Positions 10,901 to 22,330 of a stretch of DNA of 64,000 bases are shown piece after piece. Each line of letters starts with the position of its first letter. The stretch's first letter is position 1. The notes under the pieces were generated by a model. The model searched no databases and was not told the DNA's origin. It saw only the letters and a program-made list of their open reading frames with translations. This DNA is from Schmidtea polychroa. Taxonomy: Eukaryota. Made by a program: the position numbers and the translations under genes. The stretch spans positions 72,664,001 to 72,728,000 of the forward strand of contig CM097888.1 of assembly GCA_044892525.1 (NCBI GenBank), in the 5' to 3' direction.

Positions 10901-11651
10901 TTTTATATTGGCCCTGGGTTCCATATAACATGGTTTCACACAACACGCCGTTGTCCTGGAACCTATCTACCGTGTTATAGGAGAGTCACCTGTATATAAT
11001 ACTGATTTATTATTTTTTGAAAACATATGTTGGTTTTAGATACGTTGAAATAAAGATAAATATTAATTACTTTCCTCTACCGACTCCCTCATTTCGCATA
11101 TCGAATGAGGGATATATATTTTTATGGCTAATTTTTACCCGTAAATCTAGTGTTAAAATATACTAATTGAGAAATATGAAGGAATATTAATATGAAAATA
11201 TTTACTTTTATTAGAGCTAAATCCATTTGATCATCCATCATAATAACATGAGCTTTAAATATTTTGCCACTGTGAACCTTAACTAAGGTATTATGCCTAT
11301 CCAAAATTACGTGAGCACATGTCAAAATATATCCGGATTCATCAAATACGAAACCAGAACCTCCAGCCATTTCTGTGTCAGCTCTGAATGAATTATTAAT
11401 CCAAAATCATCGTGAACATCAAAATTTTACTTGAAAACTTTAACAACACTTGGTTCAACGATTTCTACAACATCAGTCAACCGACTCAACGGCTTAAATA
11501 AATTGAATTCATTTGTCAAAGCATTTGCAAATTTGATTCTTTTTAATTCCGGAACTTGAAATTTCTTATTAGCAAATATTTTGTTACAATAATAAAAAGC
11601 TGTTCCACCCATTAAAATTGGTAATATAATTTTTTGGTATTTTCTGAACAT
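5000..11651 (-). CDS. HTRA2: HtrA2/Omi-like serine protease, 4 exons, about 277 aa, no PDZ domain found
   Basis: Exons 11651-11431, 11383-11206, 5486-5286 and 5233-5000 have GT-AG introns (47, 5719, 52 bp) and compatible phases. The catalytic triad is TCAHV / DLALIK / GFSGGP, with IQTDA and VGEFALALGS also present. The N-terminus is basic plus hydrophobic (MFRKYQKIILPILMGGTAFYY), like a mitochondrial targeting/TM segment. Confidence 0.85.
5731..6260. repeat. Diverged partial copy of the LTR-like family also at 25500 and 55228
   Basis: Shares TGTTGGGTT...AAGTCGGT...TGACTCCTCG, CCATTGGCTCGGGCTTTCCATTA and the ATTAATTAATT block with the other copies. The right boundary is approximate. Confidence 0.55.
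6459..6577. repeat. 119-bp fold-back with 39-bp arms (4 mismatches) in HtrA2 intron 2
   Basis: AAATCAACCAACTTTCCGTGATCGGATTGAACTGAAATT ... AATTTCAGATCTATCCGATCACGGAAGGTGGGTTGATTT. Confidence 0.75.
8346..10992 (+). mobile_element. Tigger/pogo DNA transposon with decayed transposase
   Basis: 24-bp TIRs CAGGTGAC(C/T)CTCCTATAACACGGT, flanked by TA. Transposase remnants run from ATG 8662: KRKFISLE, KGWFDKFKKR, DQVFNTDETGL, LLLIDNTPGHP, LPPNTTSLIQPLDQGII. They contain several stops and frameshifts. Confidence 0.95.
8716..9090. mobile_element. Non-autonomous hAT (Charlie/Buster-like) element inserted into the Tigger transposase
   Basis: 15-bp TIRs CAG(T/A)GCTTTCCAACC and a perfect 8-bp TSD CTCTAGAA. 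It splits the transposase at ...KFISLE|DKIQILDR... Confidence 0.92.
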
Positions 11652-11869
11652 AATTAAATAATGAAATCTAATACAGTTAAACAAATCAACCAAAATAAAT
11701 TCATTAAAAAATTTCGCCAATTTAAATGTAAATTGTCTGAAATTAATTTAATTGTTGAATATTTGAACATTTGAACATAATTAGTTTTGTGAGTAAATAT
11801 TTTATAAAATGATTAAATATTATTGCGTGAATTTGAAGAATTTATTTAAGAATTAAAGAAATAGTTGAA

Positions 11870-12005
11870 NNNNNNNNNNNNNNNNNNNNNNNNNNNNNNN
11901 NNNNNNNNNNNNNNNNNNNNNNNNNNNNNNNNNNNNNNNNNNNNNNNNNNNNNNNNNNNNNNNNNNNNNNNNNNNNNNNNNNNNNNNNNNNNNNNNNNNN
12001 NNNNN
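11870..12005. other. Assembly gap (136 N)
   Basis: Run of N. Confidence 1.
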
Positions 12006-13726
12006 TCATAATATTTTCAACGGGATTTATTCGTGCTCACCCCACCCGACGAGGAAGTTTTTGGTATTGGTTACTATTATGTTGGAAAACTCGGAATTCA
12101 GCAATCACGCTCGATAACGTCCGAAAACGAAAACCTCGGATTCCTAAATTTTCAGTATTGATGCTGGTGTGAGAAGATGTACGAACACTGAAGATTTTGA
12201 AACTCAAACACTGTATAACAGGAACTAATAAATACAGAATAAATATACATGTATGGGATAAACATTATTATATTGTGATTATTAACAATTTGAATGTGAC
12301 TAAGTTATGTTATCAAGCTGGAATTATATATTTTATTTTTATTGATTTATTGGTTCTTGGTGATATCTTATATTAAAAAATAAACCCATTTACAATTTTA
12401 TTTTAAGTTATGAATAATACTAATATATTCTTATTTTAATTTTCTGAGAGTTATTTTTATTTGTTAGTTGTTAGTGACGGCTGTGCCAGATCTACATGTT
12501 TGTATTAATTGAAATAAAAATAAAATACTCTTTATTCTAAATAAAAATGAAATTGAAACAACCTCAACGGCGACCCCGACCAGATCCCTGCTAAGAGATC
12601 TAGTTGGTATCGACCTGCTGCTAGTTACCATGCAGGTTTGCTACGCCGGCGAAGAAGCAAGTTTTGACTGCTTCACACTACTCTTCCACTGTGCCTACTT
12701 TCCAAGTTAGTTCATAAATTCATGTATAAAATTCATTAAATTTCATTATGGTAAAATTGCAAAATGTCATATCTAAAGGAATTAGAAAATTCAAAAATTT
12801 CAATACCAACGAGGGAGAACGAAATATCATTTGATTAAATCATTTTATTTTTAAATTAAAATGTACAATGCTAATATTAAACATCATTATTATATAATAC
12901 CTTCAAAGTATAAAAAATGTACCATTATTACAAGAAAAACAATTTCGAAAGAAATACAATCCATGTCAGTTCAAACAATCAATAGGACAAAAATCAGCAA
13001 AAGCTTGGAAATCTATCCGGCACGAGATGTAACCACTCTGAACAAGTATCCACCAGAGTTTGCTCTACGGATAAAACAACAATCGACTGTAAATATAAAC
13101 TGGTTTCCTTGGGTTGGTAAGAGATAACTGAAGTAGTAGTTCTGCGAGTGTGTATATAGGAATGATTCCCGGTAAAGTGGTTCAAATTTAGAAATAAGCT
13201 TTCGAAAATTTGACTCTTTTTAGAACTCGAAAAGTTTTAAATAAAATAGTTACAGAATAGCTTCTTTCGGGAAAATTGGTTTTGTAGTTTTTTTTTGCTT
13301 CTGAGATGGCCCTTTGTATACTTTTTTGTGTGTACCTTCGACCAATCAAAATCGAGGATGTGTTTCTAGTTAATTCTATTTTTAATTCTATTTTAATTCT
13401 ATTTTTTAATTCTATTTTAATCAAAAATTCCAATCATTTTGATTGGTTCGTTTCCATTTTCTTTTGTTTAAATTGTTTGTTTTTAAATTAATTCTTTTAT
13501 TTTCTATTTTTTTTGATTGATCGAAGGATCGCCTTTGAATATTACCCCTACTCAGTGCTCGAAGTGAGGCGGGATAGCCGGGATATTATCCCGGCATTGA
13601 TTATGTAGGCGGAATTGCATCCCGGCACTTCATTTCATATAATCTATAGGTTTATCCCGGTACTTATTTCATTTTATAGGCACACAAATACTGCAATTAA
13701 GGTCACACATAGTACATCCATATATG

Positions 13727-13732
<6 letters not shown>

Positions 13733-13808
<76 letters not shown>
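13733..13808. repeat. (AT)n microsatellite
   Basis: Uninterrupted AT dinucleotide run. Confidence 0.95.
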
Positions 13809-13811
<3 letters not shown>

Positions 13812-14311
13812 TTTATTCTCTATTCCCTATTCAATTAAGAATTTCCCAAGCAGCAGTAATGGATAGGTAGGTATATTCTCTTATTTATTTTAGTTAAACC
13901 AGCAAGTTGTTTGTTGAGTTATTTATACTGCGACCCCATCTATATATAATGTGTGCATGATTTCACATGCAGAGAGCTGTTATAATTAACGTGATAAGAA
14001 AACATATATGTGCTACGCAGATATACATACACATGCACATATTGACAATCACAATATGTAAGAGATAGGACCGCTTCAATGCCTTTATCGTACTTCTTAT
14101 CCACTGTATATAGTATGAGTTTTGATGTATTAAAGGTGTGTGTGTGAAAGTGTAGGCATGAGTTTCTTGTCACGGGCACTGCGTAGCTTACACAAAGGGT
14201 GTGTTATTACGTATTTTGTGTCTATGAAACAAAATTTCCGATTATTTTTCAGACAAATTTACACATGCAAAAAATCTCTGTCATTTTGCTTGGTTAAAAA
14301 TGAGAATCCCG

Positions 14312-14453
14312 CAGGGATTTACCCACCCCCCAAAATTGTTTGACACCCCCCCACATTAAAACAGGTACACCCCCTGAAACTTATGATTAAATGGGTGGAC
14401 ACCCCCCAAAGTTTTGCAACACCCCCAACTGAAAATTTCTGCATAAAAGCCTG
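14312..14453. mobile_element. 142-bp hAT MITE nested in 13553-14513
   Basis: Imperfect CAGG... / ...CCTG ends, internal CACCCCC repeats, and a perfect 8-bp TSD GAATCCCG. Confidence 0.85.
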
Positions 14454-16694
14454 GAATCCCGGGTGCCACAGCATGCCTATCCCGGCACATATTTTGTTCC
14501 ACTTCGAGCACTGCCCCTACTTGAGGAGTAAAGATAATATTTTTTTTGCTATTTCATGTGTATCTTTTCGGCGATTCTTATTATTTTTATGCTTTCGAAA
14601 TGTGTTTCGTGTGCAACTCCTTGCGGTTAATAATTTTTGTTTTAATTATTTTATTCTTGTTTTCTTTCTACTATTGTTTCTTGCTTTTTCTAGGTTATGT
14701 GGATCATCGCAGTTACCCTATTACCTGTCAGATTAAAGTGAAAGAAAATAATTGAAAGAAGAAACTTGCTTTTCAGCCCAACAGAGAAAAGGTTGGCATC
14801 AATTGTAATATGATATAAAAGTGTTCAGAAAACAAGGCTTAGAAAAATTTAAAACATACTCTTGAATATATTATATTGAAGAGTAGTGTAATTCATAATC
14901 ACATTCAAGGTGTGACAAAAATAGAAGTAAATAAAACGAGCTGTAACAACTTTTTGGGCTCAAAACCAAGTGACTTAGGAGATTTACCGGATTAGAGTAA
15001 TAACGATAAAAATAAGTAACCAAATCAAATAATCACGAAAACATGTGATGATTTGACATAACATGAAAACGCAAGTTAATAAAATAAAACCGCAAGAAAT
15101 TAAACAAGTAATAAATTAAACTAAGTAGAATAAAGAAATCACCAGAAAGACACAAATTAGTCAAAGAAAAATAAAGATGGTGACCAGTGAAGGCACATGG
15201 CTAAAATACGGGCGATATGGAGAATAATCAGGAAAAGGAAATATAAAAATTAATCGAAAAATAAAATAAAATGTGGTATACCCTCACCTGATTAGTCGAG
15301 TTCAGTATATAAAACTCCTATATTGACACGATTATTCTATCGCACGCCAAGATTTGAATATCAGTTAGGAGAAAATCTTGTCTCAGAATTAAGAAATAAC
15401 ATAGCAGAGAAATGAGTAACTGCGGCGGATAAACGATGCTTCAAAATCTGTTTACTAGAGATGTATCACCTAATTCATTAAAAGAATTTTCTACGTTCTG
15501 CAAAATGTTCAATGCCTGGAGCTACACTAAATTACCGAATGAGTAATTATCAAAACTAGCTACGATAAATAGGACGAAATTTGTCAGTCATCGAAATGTA
15601 GATTTAGGCTTGTGGATATAGTAGGACACTCATTTTTGACGGCCTTTTGATCTGTCGGTGTTATGCTTGACCTTAGTGAGATCAACAAAAGTTTACCAGT
15701 ATTGTGAAAATAATCTTTACTTAACTTTGCGAAAAGGATTTTTTCGATTAATTATAAAGCCTATAAATCAAAAATTTAATCTATAAACTATATTAAAAAT
15801 AGTAACTGAATAATACTCAATTAAATTTAATAATAATAATATTCATGGAGCTTAAATAAACACAAATGATATGGATTTTATAGCCTTCAGCTTGGCATCA
15901 AAACTTTGGCATCTTCCATACTTTAAAAGTTGTTTTTAGATCCTACTGGAAAAATTAAAACAATCCCATATTATGTGTAAACAAAAATACGATGATTTGC
16001 AAAATTTAATAAATATTTTGTAATACTGAAAACTAATAAACTCAACCAGTGGCGTACGCAGGGGGGGGGGGGGGGTTACTGGGGGTTTAACCCCCCCCAT
16101 GATTCCAACAACAATATAAAAAACTATAATTAATAAATATATAAACTTAAAACAATTTAAGAAATATTCCGAATGCCGATATATATACAGGCCCGACAAG
16201 AGGGGGGGTTTGATGGGGAAAATACCCGGGGCCCCGGAGAAAAAATCTATCTTGATTTAAATCACTAGATTTTTTTATGAAAAAATCATGATTTCAATTT
16301 GTAGGAACTATGTTCCTCCTTTTGTAGTGCGTGTGTGTGGGGTACGTCTGGAGAGTGTCCGTTGCCAAGATTGCTTTCGGAACCCCCGTTGCGAAAAAGT
16401 CTACACGGCACAAACGCATCTTGCAGTAATGGTAAGCACATGTGGCAATCTTTTGTTTGTCAAGAGTCAAGTGCTTGCTATCACTAGTTTTTGACATTTT
16501 GAGCCTGTTTCATTATTTACAAACTCTATTATTATTTAACTAAAAGAAAAATTACAAACATTAATAGTGTAGTAAGTGTAGTTGTTTGATCAATGTGAAA
16601 ATCTCCAGGAAGAAGCGGATAAAGTAATCGTGTTTGTGAACTAAGCCGAAATTGAATAAGAAATTAACCTAAGCGTTTCTTTACCGGTGCTGGA

Positions 16695-17345
16695 GTGCTG
16701 AAGTCTGATTTTCGATTATTAGTAATTAGCAGTCAATGGGAGACCGCCATCGACTCCGATATTCGCGACGTGGATGAATTAGAAATGACACCAAGTGACG
16801 AATTCAGAACAAATGTTTTCAATGTTTTCTTAGATTGTATTATTGGAAATATTGCAAGAAGATTTAATGCGGCTAAAGAAATTGATTCGTTATTTAATGT
16901 ATTATGGTTATTTCATAACCTTAATGATGAAGAAATACAAAAGAAGTCCGAAAAATTACAAAAGGTATATGAAAATAATATTGACCATAATCTTGGTGAA
17001 GAAATACTCCATTTAAAATCAATTTATGATGCCAATATACAAAACAAATCTCTCTCGCCCATTGAGTTTCTAAACATCATTAAAAAAATGAAACTGGATG
17101 TATTGTTTCCCAACATAATAATAGCAATAAGATTATTTTGTACGATCCCTGTAACCGTTGCTGAAGCAGAACGATCCTTTAGTGTTTTAAAAAGGATAAA
17201 AGATGTTTTGAGATCCACAATGTCACAACACCGATTGAATGATTTAGGAATGTTGTCGATTGAATCTGAAATGGCTAAGAAAATTGATTTTCAAGACGTA
17301 ATTAATTTGTTTGCTAGGCGCAAGGTTCGGAAAGCAACATTCTAA
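16695..17345 (+). pseudogene. C-terminal fragment of hAT transposase (ZMYM1-like, hATC dimerisation domain)
   Basis: LFPNIIIAIRLFCTIPVTVAEAERSFSVLKRIK..LRSTMSQ.RL..L.MLSIE. The N-terminal and catalytic parts are absent. Confidence 0.9.
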
Positions 17346-17531
17346 AAAATAATTTGTTTTTTCTACTTTTTTGTAATTTTAGTTGTAAACGTTTTCATTT
17401 TTGTAAGAGAATTTTTGATGAATACATTGTTCCAATAACAATTAGGACATTTTTCGGTTTCCCGCTTCATTTATAAATAGCCCAAAGTCCGAGGGGAAAA
17501 TTTTTTTTTCACGCTATTGGCAGGGGCCCCA

Positions 17532-17688
17532 NNNNNNNNNNNNNNNNNNNNNNNNNNNNNNNNNNNNNNNNNNNNNNNNNNNNNNNNNNNNNNNNNNNNN
17601 NNNNNNNNNNNNNNNNNNNNNNNNNNNNNNNNNNNNNNNNNNNNNNNNNNNNNNNNNNNNNNNNNNNNNNNNNNNNNNNNNNNNNNNN
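17532..17688. other. Assembly gap (157 N)
   Basis: Run of N. Confidence 1.
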
Positions 17689-18320
17689 ATCCTGCGTACG
17701 CGCCTGAACTCAACTCAAAATTTACTTATTATATAAAATAAAGCATTCAATTGATAAGGTAATGGAATAACATTTTAAAATATGGTATTAAAATTAACAA
17801 TCTGGCCGAATATGTTTACTATCATGATTTAAATGACAATCAATCAAAATGAAATTAGATTTACTTCCATAAACATTAAAATAGAGAATTAAAAGCTTTA
17901 TTTATTTCAGCAGGTTGCACAATTTATTGATGAACTTTATTAATCTTGTTTCCTAAAAAGGGTTATATACATTTTCATCTGTTGTCAAACTTTATGTTTA
18001 ATCCCATTTTGAAGTCGGTTTGTAATAATCTGAATCAGATGAATCTTTCGAATAATTCATATTGTAAACGTATAAACTACAACCTATGAAAGTCAATGTT
18101 CCAACCATCATAACATATCGATTCTAAAATCTAAATTTCACATGATTAAAAAATTTTGAAAGCTATTACTGGTTTCATAAACAATTCAAAATTTAAAGTT
18201 TTGAAGCCAAGTGTAGCATCTTTCTTAATTTCATTTTTTCTATTCATTTAAATTTCGCCTTTTAAACTAAATAATTAAATAATTTTAAACAAAAGAACCT
18301 CAATTAAATTATATCAAATA

Positions 18321-19261
18321 CAGTAAGACCCCGTTTAACGCGGTGGATACGTTCCATCAAAGTAGAGTGTAATGCTAAATAGCGCTAAACGAGGCTATCT
18401 TAACCATGTAAATAATGGGGTTTGTGGAAGTTGGATGGAAAATTCGTTAGGTATTAAATTTTTCAAAATTATGATTGTTTTTTATAAAAATAAAACCAAA
18501 CATTTATTTATTACAAAAATAAATAACAATATAAACGAATATATAATAAAAACAATTAAATTTTTAGTCAATCAGATCATTCAGTCTATTCTGTGTTTCT
18601 AACTGTCTGCGTTTTTTTCAAGAAGGCATCTAATGTAGTTTGCGTTTTCCTTTTGCGTTCTGCTAGAAGTTGTTGATAAGTAGATAAAGCATCTATAACA
18701 CTCCATCTTGCTTTTGAACTCTTGTCAAAATTTGGATCATTTTCAACAAATTGGTCCATAATTTTAGTTATAGTGGTCAAGCTCCTTTTTACAAACGCCA
18801 TCGAAGTAGGTAGTTAGTAGCCTACGGGAGCAATGACCAAATTTGTATTGAAAATCCCAGGACCATCGATACCCCCTCACTATAGTCTGAAAATTTCATG
18901 CTTTTCATAATATATATTTAACTTATATTATATTTAAGAATGTAAATTGTAAATTTTTATAAATGACCCCCCTCAGATCATATAGTCATTAATGATTACC
19001 CAAAAGTATTTATTTAATTTGTTTTCAGATATATTCAACTTATATTACCTTTAAAAATATAACTTGTATTTTTTATTTAACCGACCCCCCTCAAATCATG
19101 TATCCATTGACTATTACGTAGGTATACTAAATTATATCACATTCATAGACAGTTAAATTATATTTCATTTAAAAATATAAATTCATAAATTTTCGTAAAT
19201 AACCCCTCCCCCATATGTAGTAATCTTATAAAAATATAAATTTACATTTATTATTATTATC

Positions 19262-19292
<31 letters not shown>

Positions 19293-21447
19293 GTATTGTT
19301 ACCAGTAACATTATCACTCTTACTGTTATTATTACTATTATCATTATTATTACTATTATTACTATAATTATCTTGATTTCATGGAAATAAAATTATAAAA
19401 CAAATTATTGATTTTGGGATTCCCCTATCTCTAAATTTAGTTTCAAAGGCCCTATCTTCCAATAAAATTGCGGAAAATCACTAAAATCTATTTTTAGTAA
19501 CACCCCCCCCCCTGAAAACGACATCAATATTATTAATTTAAATTATATCCATATATGTATATATGTGTGGGTGTATATGTATATGTATATATGTGGATGT
19601 GTGTATGTATATATAGATTTAGAAAATAACAAATACCATAATCTTCCCCCTCAAGACCCCATGTGGAATAATTTCCACAGCCCCTTTAAAGTAATAAAGA
19701 TAGAATAATTTATAAAAATTATGTTCAAATCAAATCAAAAGACAAAACCCAATGGTAAACTAAATTTATTAATTTCAATCACCAAATTTATTTACATCAT
19801 TGTCTCTTTGAATCATATTCATACCAAAAAGTCCTTCGAGCACAGTTGATGGACCATCCCAATGAAATACATTTCCTGGAGTTGGAAACTTTTGGGTAAT
19901 TCCTTACTTTCTGTTACAGTTTTTTTTGGTTCAATGACTTGCATATTACTTTGATGTATTAAGGTTGGATGGCCAACTGTATTTCTTGCATCTCTTTTAA
20001 GTAGTCTCCGTCAGATAACTTATGGTGAACTCCGCCAGGAGCTGACCTTGGGGCAACCAAACCTTTATACCTCATTGAATCATTATAAACTCGATTGCTA
20101 AGGAGATCTCTAAATTTTCTCATTAGTGTTGCAAACGATCTTTGCTCATTCGAGATGTCATAATACATTATTGATCAATAGTAATTGTTTCGAAAATTCG
20201 GCCGACTGCTGATATTACTGAAATATTATTAAAAAGTATGATATAAATATTTAATATTTTAATTTAGTTACATTATTATATCAAAATTAACTAAAATTAT
20301 ATATTTATTCGAAATTTATTATTTAACATTAATTATAATTACTATAGTAAAACAATGAAAATTTAAATAACATTAAATAACGTTAACAAAACAAAAAGTA
20401 ATAATGAAATCAAATTTCCATTACTTTATTTAAATTATTAGTTACCAACTTTTTCTAGTATTTTAGCATAATGAATTCAAGTATATTAGGAAGTTAATTT
20501 GGTCATTTGAGGAATATTATAAATTAAAAATTTAAGTAAATTAGAATTGTTTACTCTTCATAAGAACTTTTATGATTTTAATGAATTTGAACTTCATATA
20601 TTAATATTACCCATAATTTAGAAGTGATATTTGGATTATGTTAAAATAGGTTTTAAGTTAACTTAATTAAATTGAAATTTTCTTTTGATCAAGTTATCAT
20701 GGGGAATGCATGTTATCTTTATTATTTCTATTATTCCAGTTTATTAAGTTGTTTTTTTTTGATTATTTTCTAATTAAATTCATTATTCTCAAAAATTTCT
20801 TAAGGTATGTTTAATAAACTATGGTTATGTTTCACTTAATTTATATTCAAACATTTTAGATGTGGTATTGTATGAACAGGTTTTAATAGATTAATGTATG
20901 ATTCCTGATGACCTATGATCGTTTGAGGATAGAAAGTTTGTATAGGCATATTTGAGAAAGTAATTATAATAAGGGACCAGTATAAATCGGACATAAACTT
21001 TCTAACGGTAGTCCGTGAACTCAAAGGAGTGCTCGACAATTACAGTGCAAGTAGTGCGCTCACTTTTTGCGAGCACTCACCCTCTTGATACAGTACCAAC
21101 GTTGATTACTCAACGGGTATCAAGCGGTAAACAATGTTGTATCTTGGGTTACGCTGGTAACAGCACTAAAGAGCAAAATATTTGATCATCAGTAACCCAC
21201 CAAAAGGTTTATATTTGCTACAGCATTCATGATATTGTAGTTTTGTCAATTATATAAATTTATAACTACAATAATGTCAACAAATGTTTTAAATAATAAA
21301 AATGCGTCAAACAATACCGCAACAAAACAAGAAACACAACTGTACTGTATTGCTGGGAATCCCCGTATTTCTGCGAGCAATCTCGAGGAATACCCGGGTT
21401 GAAATAAAAGAGCGCTAAACGAAACAGTGTTAAGCGGGGTTTTACTG
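18321..21447 (-). mobile_element. Tigger-like remnant; paired TIRs enclose a transposase C-terminus plus unrelated filler
   Basis: TA|CAGTAAGACCCCGTTTAAC at 18321 and GTTAAGCGGGGTTTTACTG|TA ending at 21447 match at 17/19. 18586-18801 (-) encodes DPNFDKSSK....YQQLLAERKRKTQTTLDAFL, a Tigger C-terminus. Pairing of the two ends is an inference. Confidence 0.55.
19245..19370. repeat. Degenerate (ATT/ACT)n microsatellite
   Basis: Imperfect trinucleotide run. Confidence 0.8.
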
Positions 21448-22088
21448 TAGTTTGTAATATAAAAGTTTATTTGGGATACCGTTTACAAAATTATGGAATT
21501 ATTTGTAATAAAAACTTAAATTTGACCGTCAATTGTTTATAGTGCCATTACCAGATGGTAGATGTTAAATAATCGAATAAACATGCACATGAAAACACAC
21601 TAAATTGATACAAAATTCACGGAAGCGCATTAACTAAATCAAGGTTAAGAGGATAAAATATTAAGAAAAAACAAACAAATATGATTTACATTGTACGTCT
21701 CCAACAATTTAACACATCTGTTGAGATAGAGCCGCCAAGCAGCTGAGGCCACTCAAATAGTTCCGGAATTAGAAAGAAATCTGAATAAAAAATAACAAAT
21801 TTTGATAAAAAGTTTCAAAAAAATTTAATGAAAATAATTAGAAAGAAAAACTTTAAATTTTTTCAAATAAAATTAAAAATTCTACGAAAATTTGATCGTA
21901 CGTATCAAAAAATAAATAAAATATATGGAAACTAAAAAATTTGTCTTACCGAACTACTTGAGAATGTTAGCCATCGTGGGAAATTCATCCTTTAAATGAA
22001 GAATATTACCTAAAAATTCACTTATTTACTTTCATTTTAATGCTAAAATTTGAATCTTGTTAAACTTTCCAAGATAAGTGAGTAACTT

Positions 22089-22330
22089 CAGGGCCGTCGA
22101 GAGCCAAGCCAGGCTCTCAATGCAATTCATCAGTACGGGCCCTCTTTGCAATTACAAACTGATATATTTTTTAAAAAAACATTTGTTTTAGTTATCTTAT
22201 TTATTACTTATGAAATTCCATGATACATATCACAAACTTAGATTTTTAAAATTATTAAATTATATAAAAATGCCAAATATGATTATATTGCGGGCCCCGA
22301 TGATTTACATCGCCTGCATCGCCCTCTTAT
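22089..22330. mobile_element. Degenerate hAT-like MITE
   Basis: Starts CAGGGCCGTCGAGAG and has internal GGGCCC motifs. The right end is decayed and no TSD was confirmed. Confidence 0.35.

Larger units (their letters stand above)
13553..14513. mobile_element. Non-autonomous hAT element containing an (AT)n tract and a nested MITE
   Basis: Perfect 14-bp TIRs CAGTGCTCGAAGTG, perfect 8-bp TSD CCCCTACT, and repeated subterminal ATCCCGGCA motifs. Confidence 0.92.
16047..17706 (+). mobile_element. Internally deleted hAT transposon (spans an N gap)
   Basis: 16-bp TIRs CAG(TG/GC)GCGTACGCAGG and a perfect 8-bp TSD AACTCAAC. A second TIR-like start (CAGGCCCGACAAGAGGGGG) lies at 16188. Confidence 0.88.

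Noticed and set aside
13615-13866. ORF with a poly-(IY) tract
   Set aside because: Translation of an (AT)n microsatellite inside a MITE.
13939-14190. Possible Helitron (ATCTATATATA start)
   Set aside because: No convincing 3' hairpin plus CTAG end.
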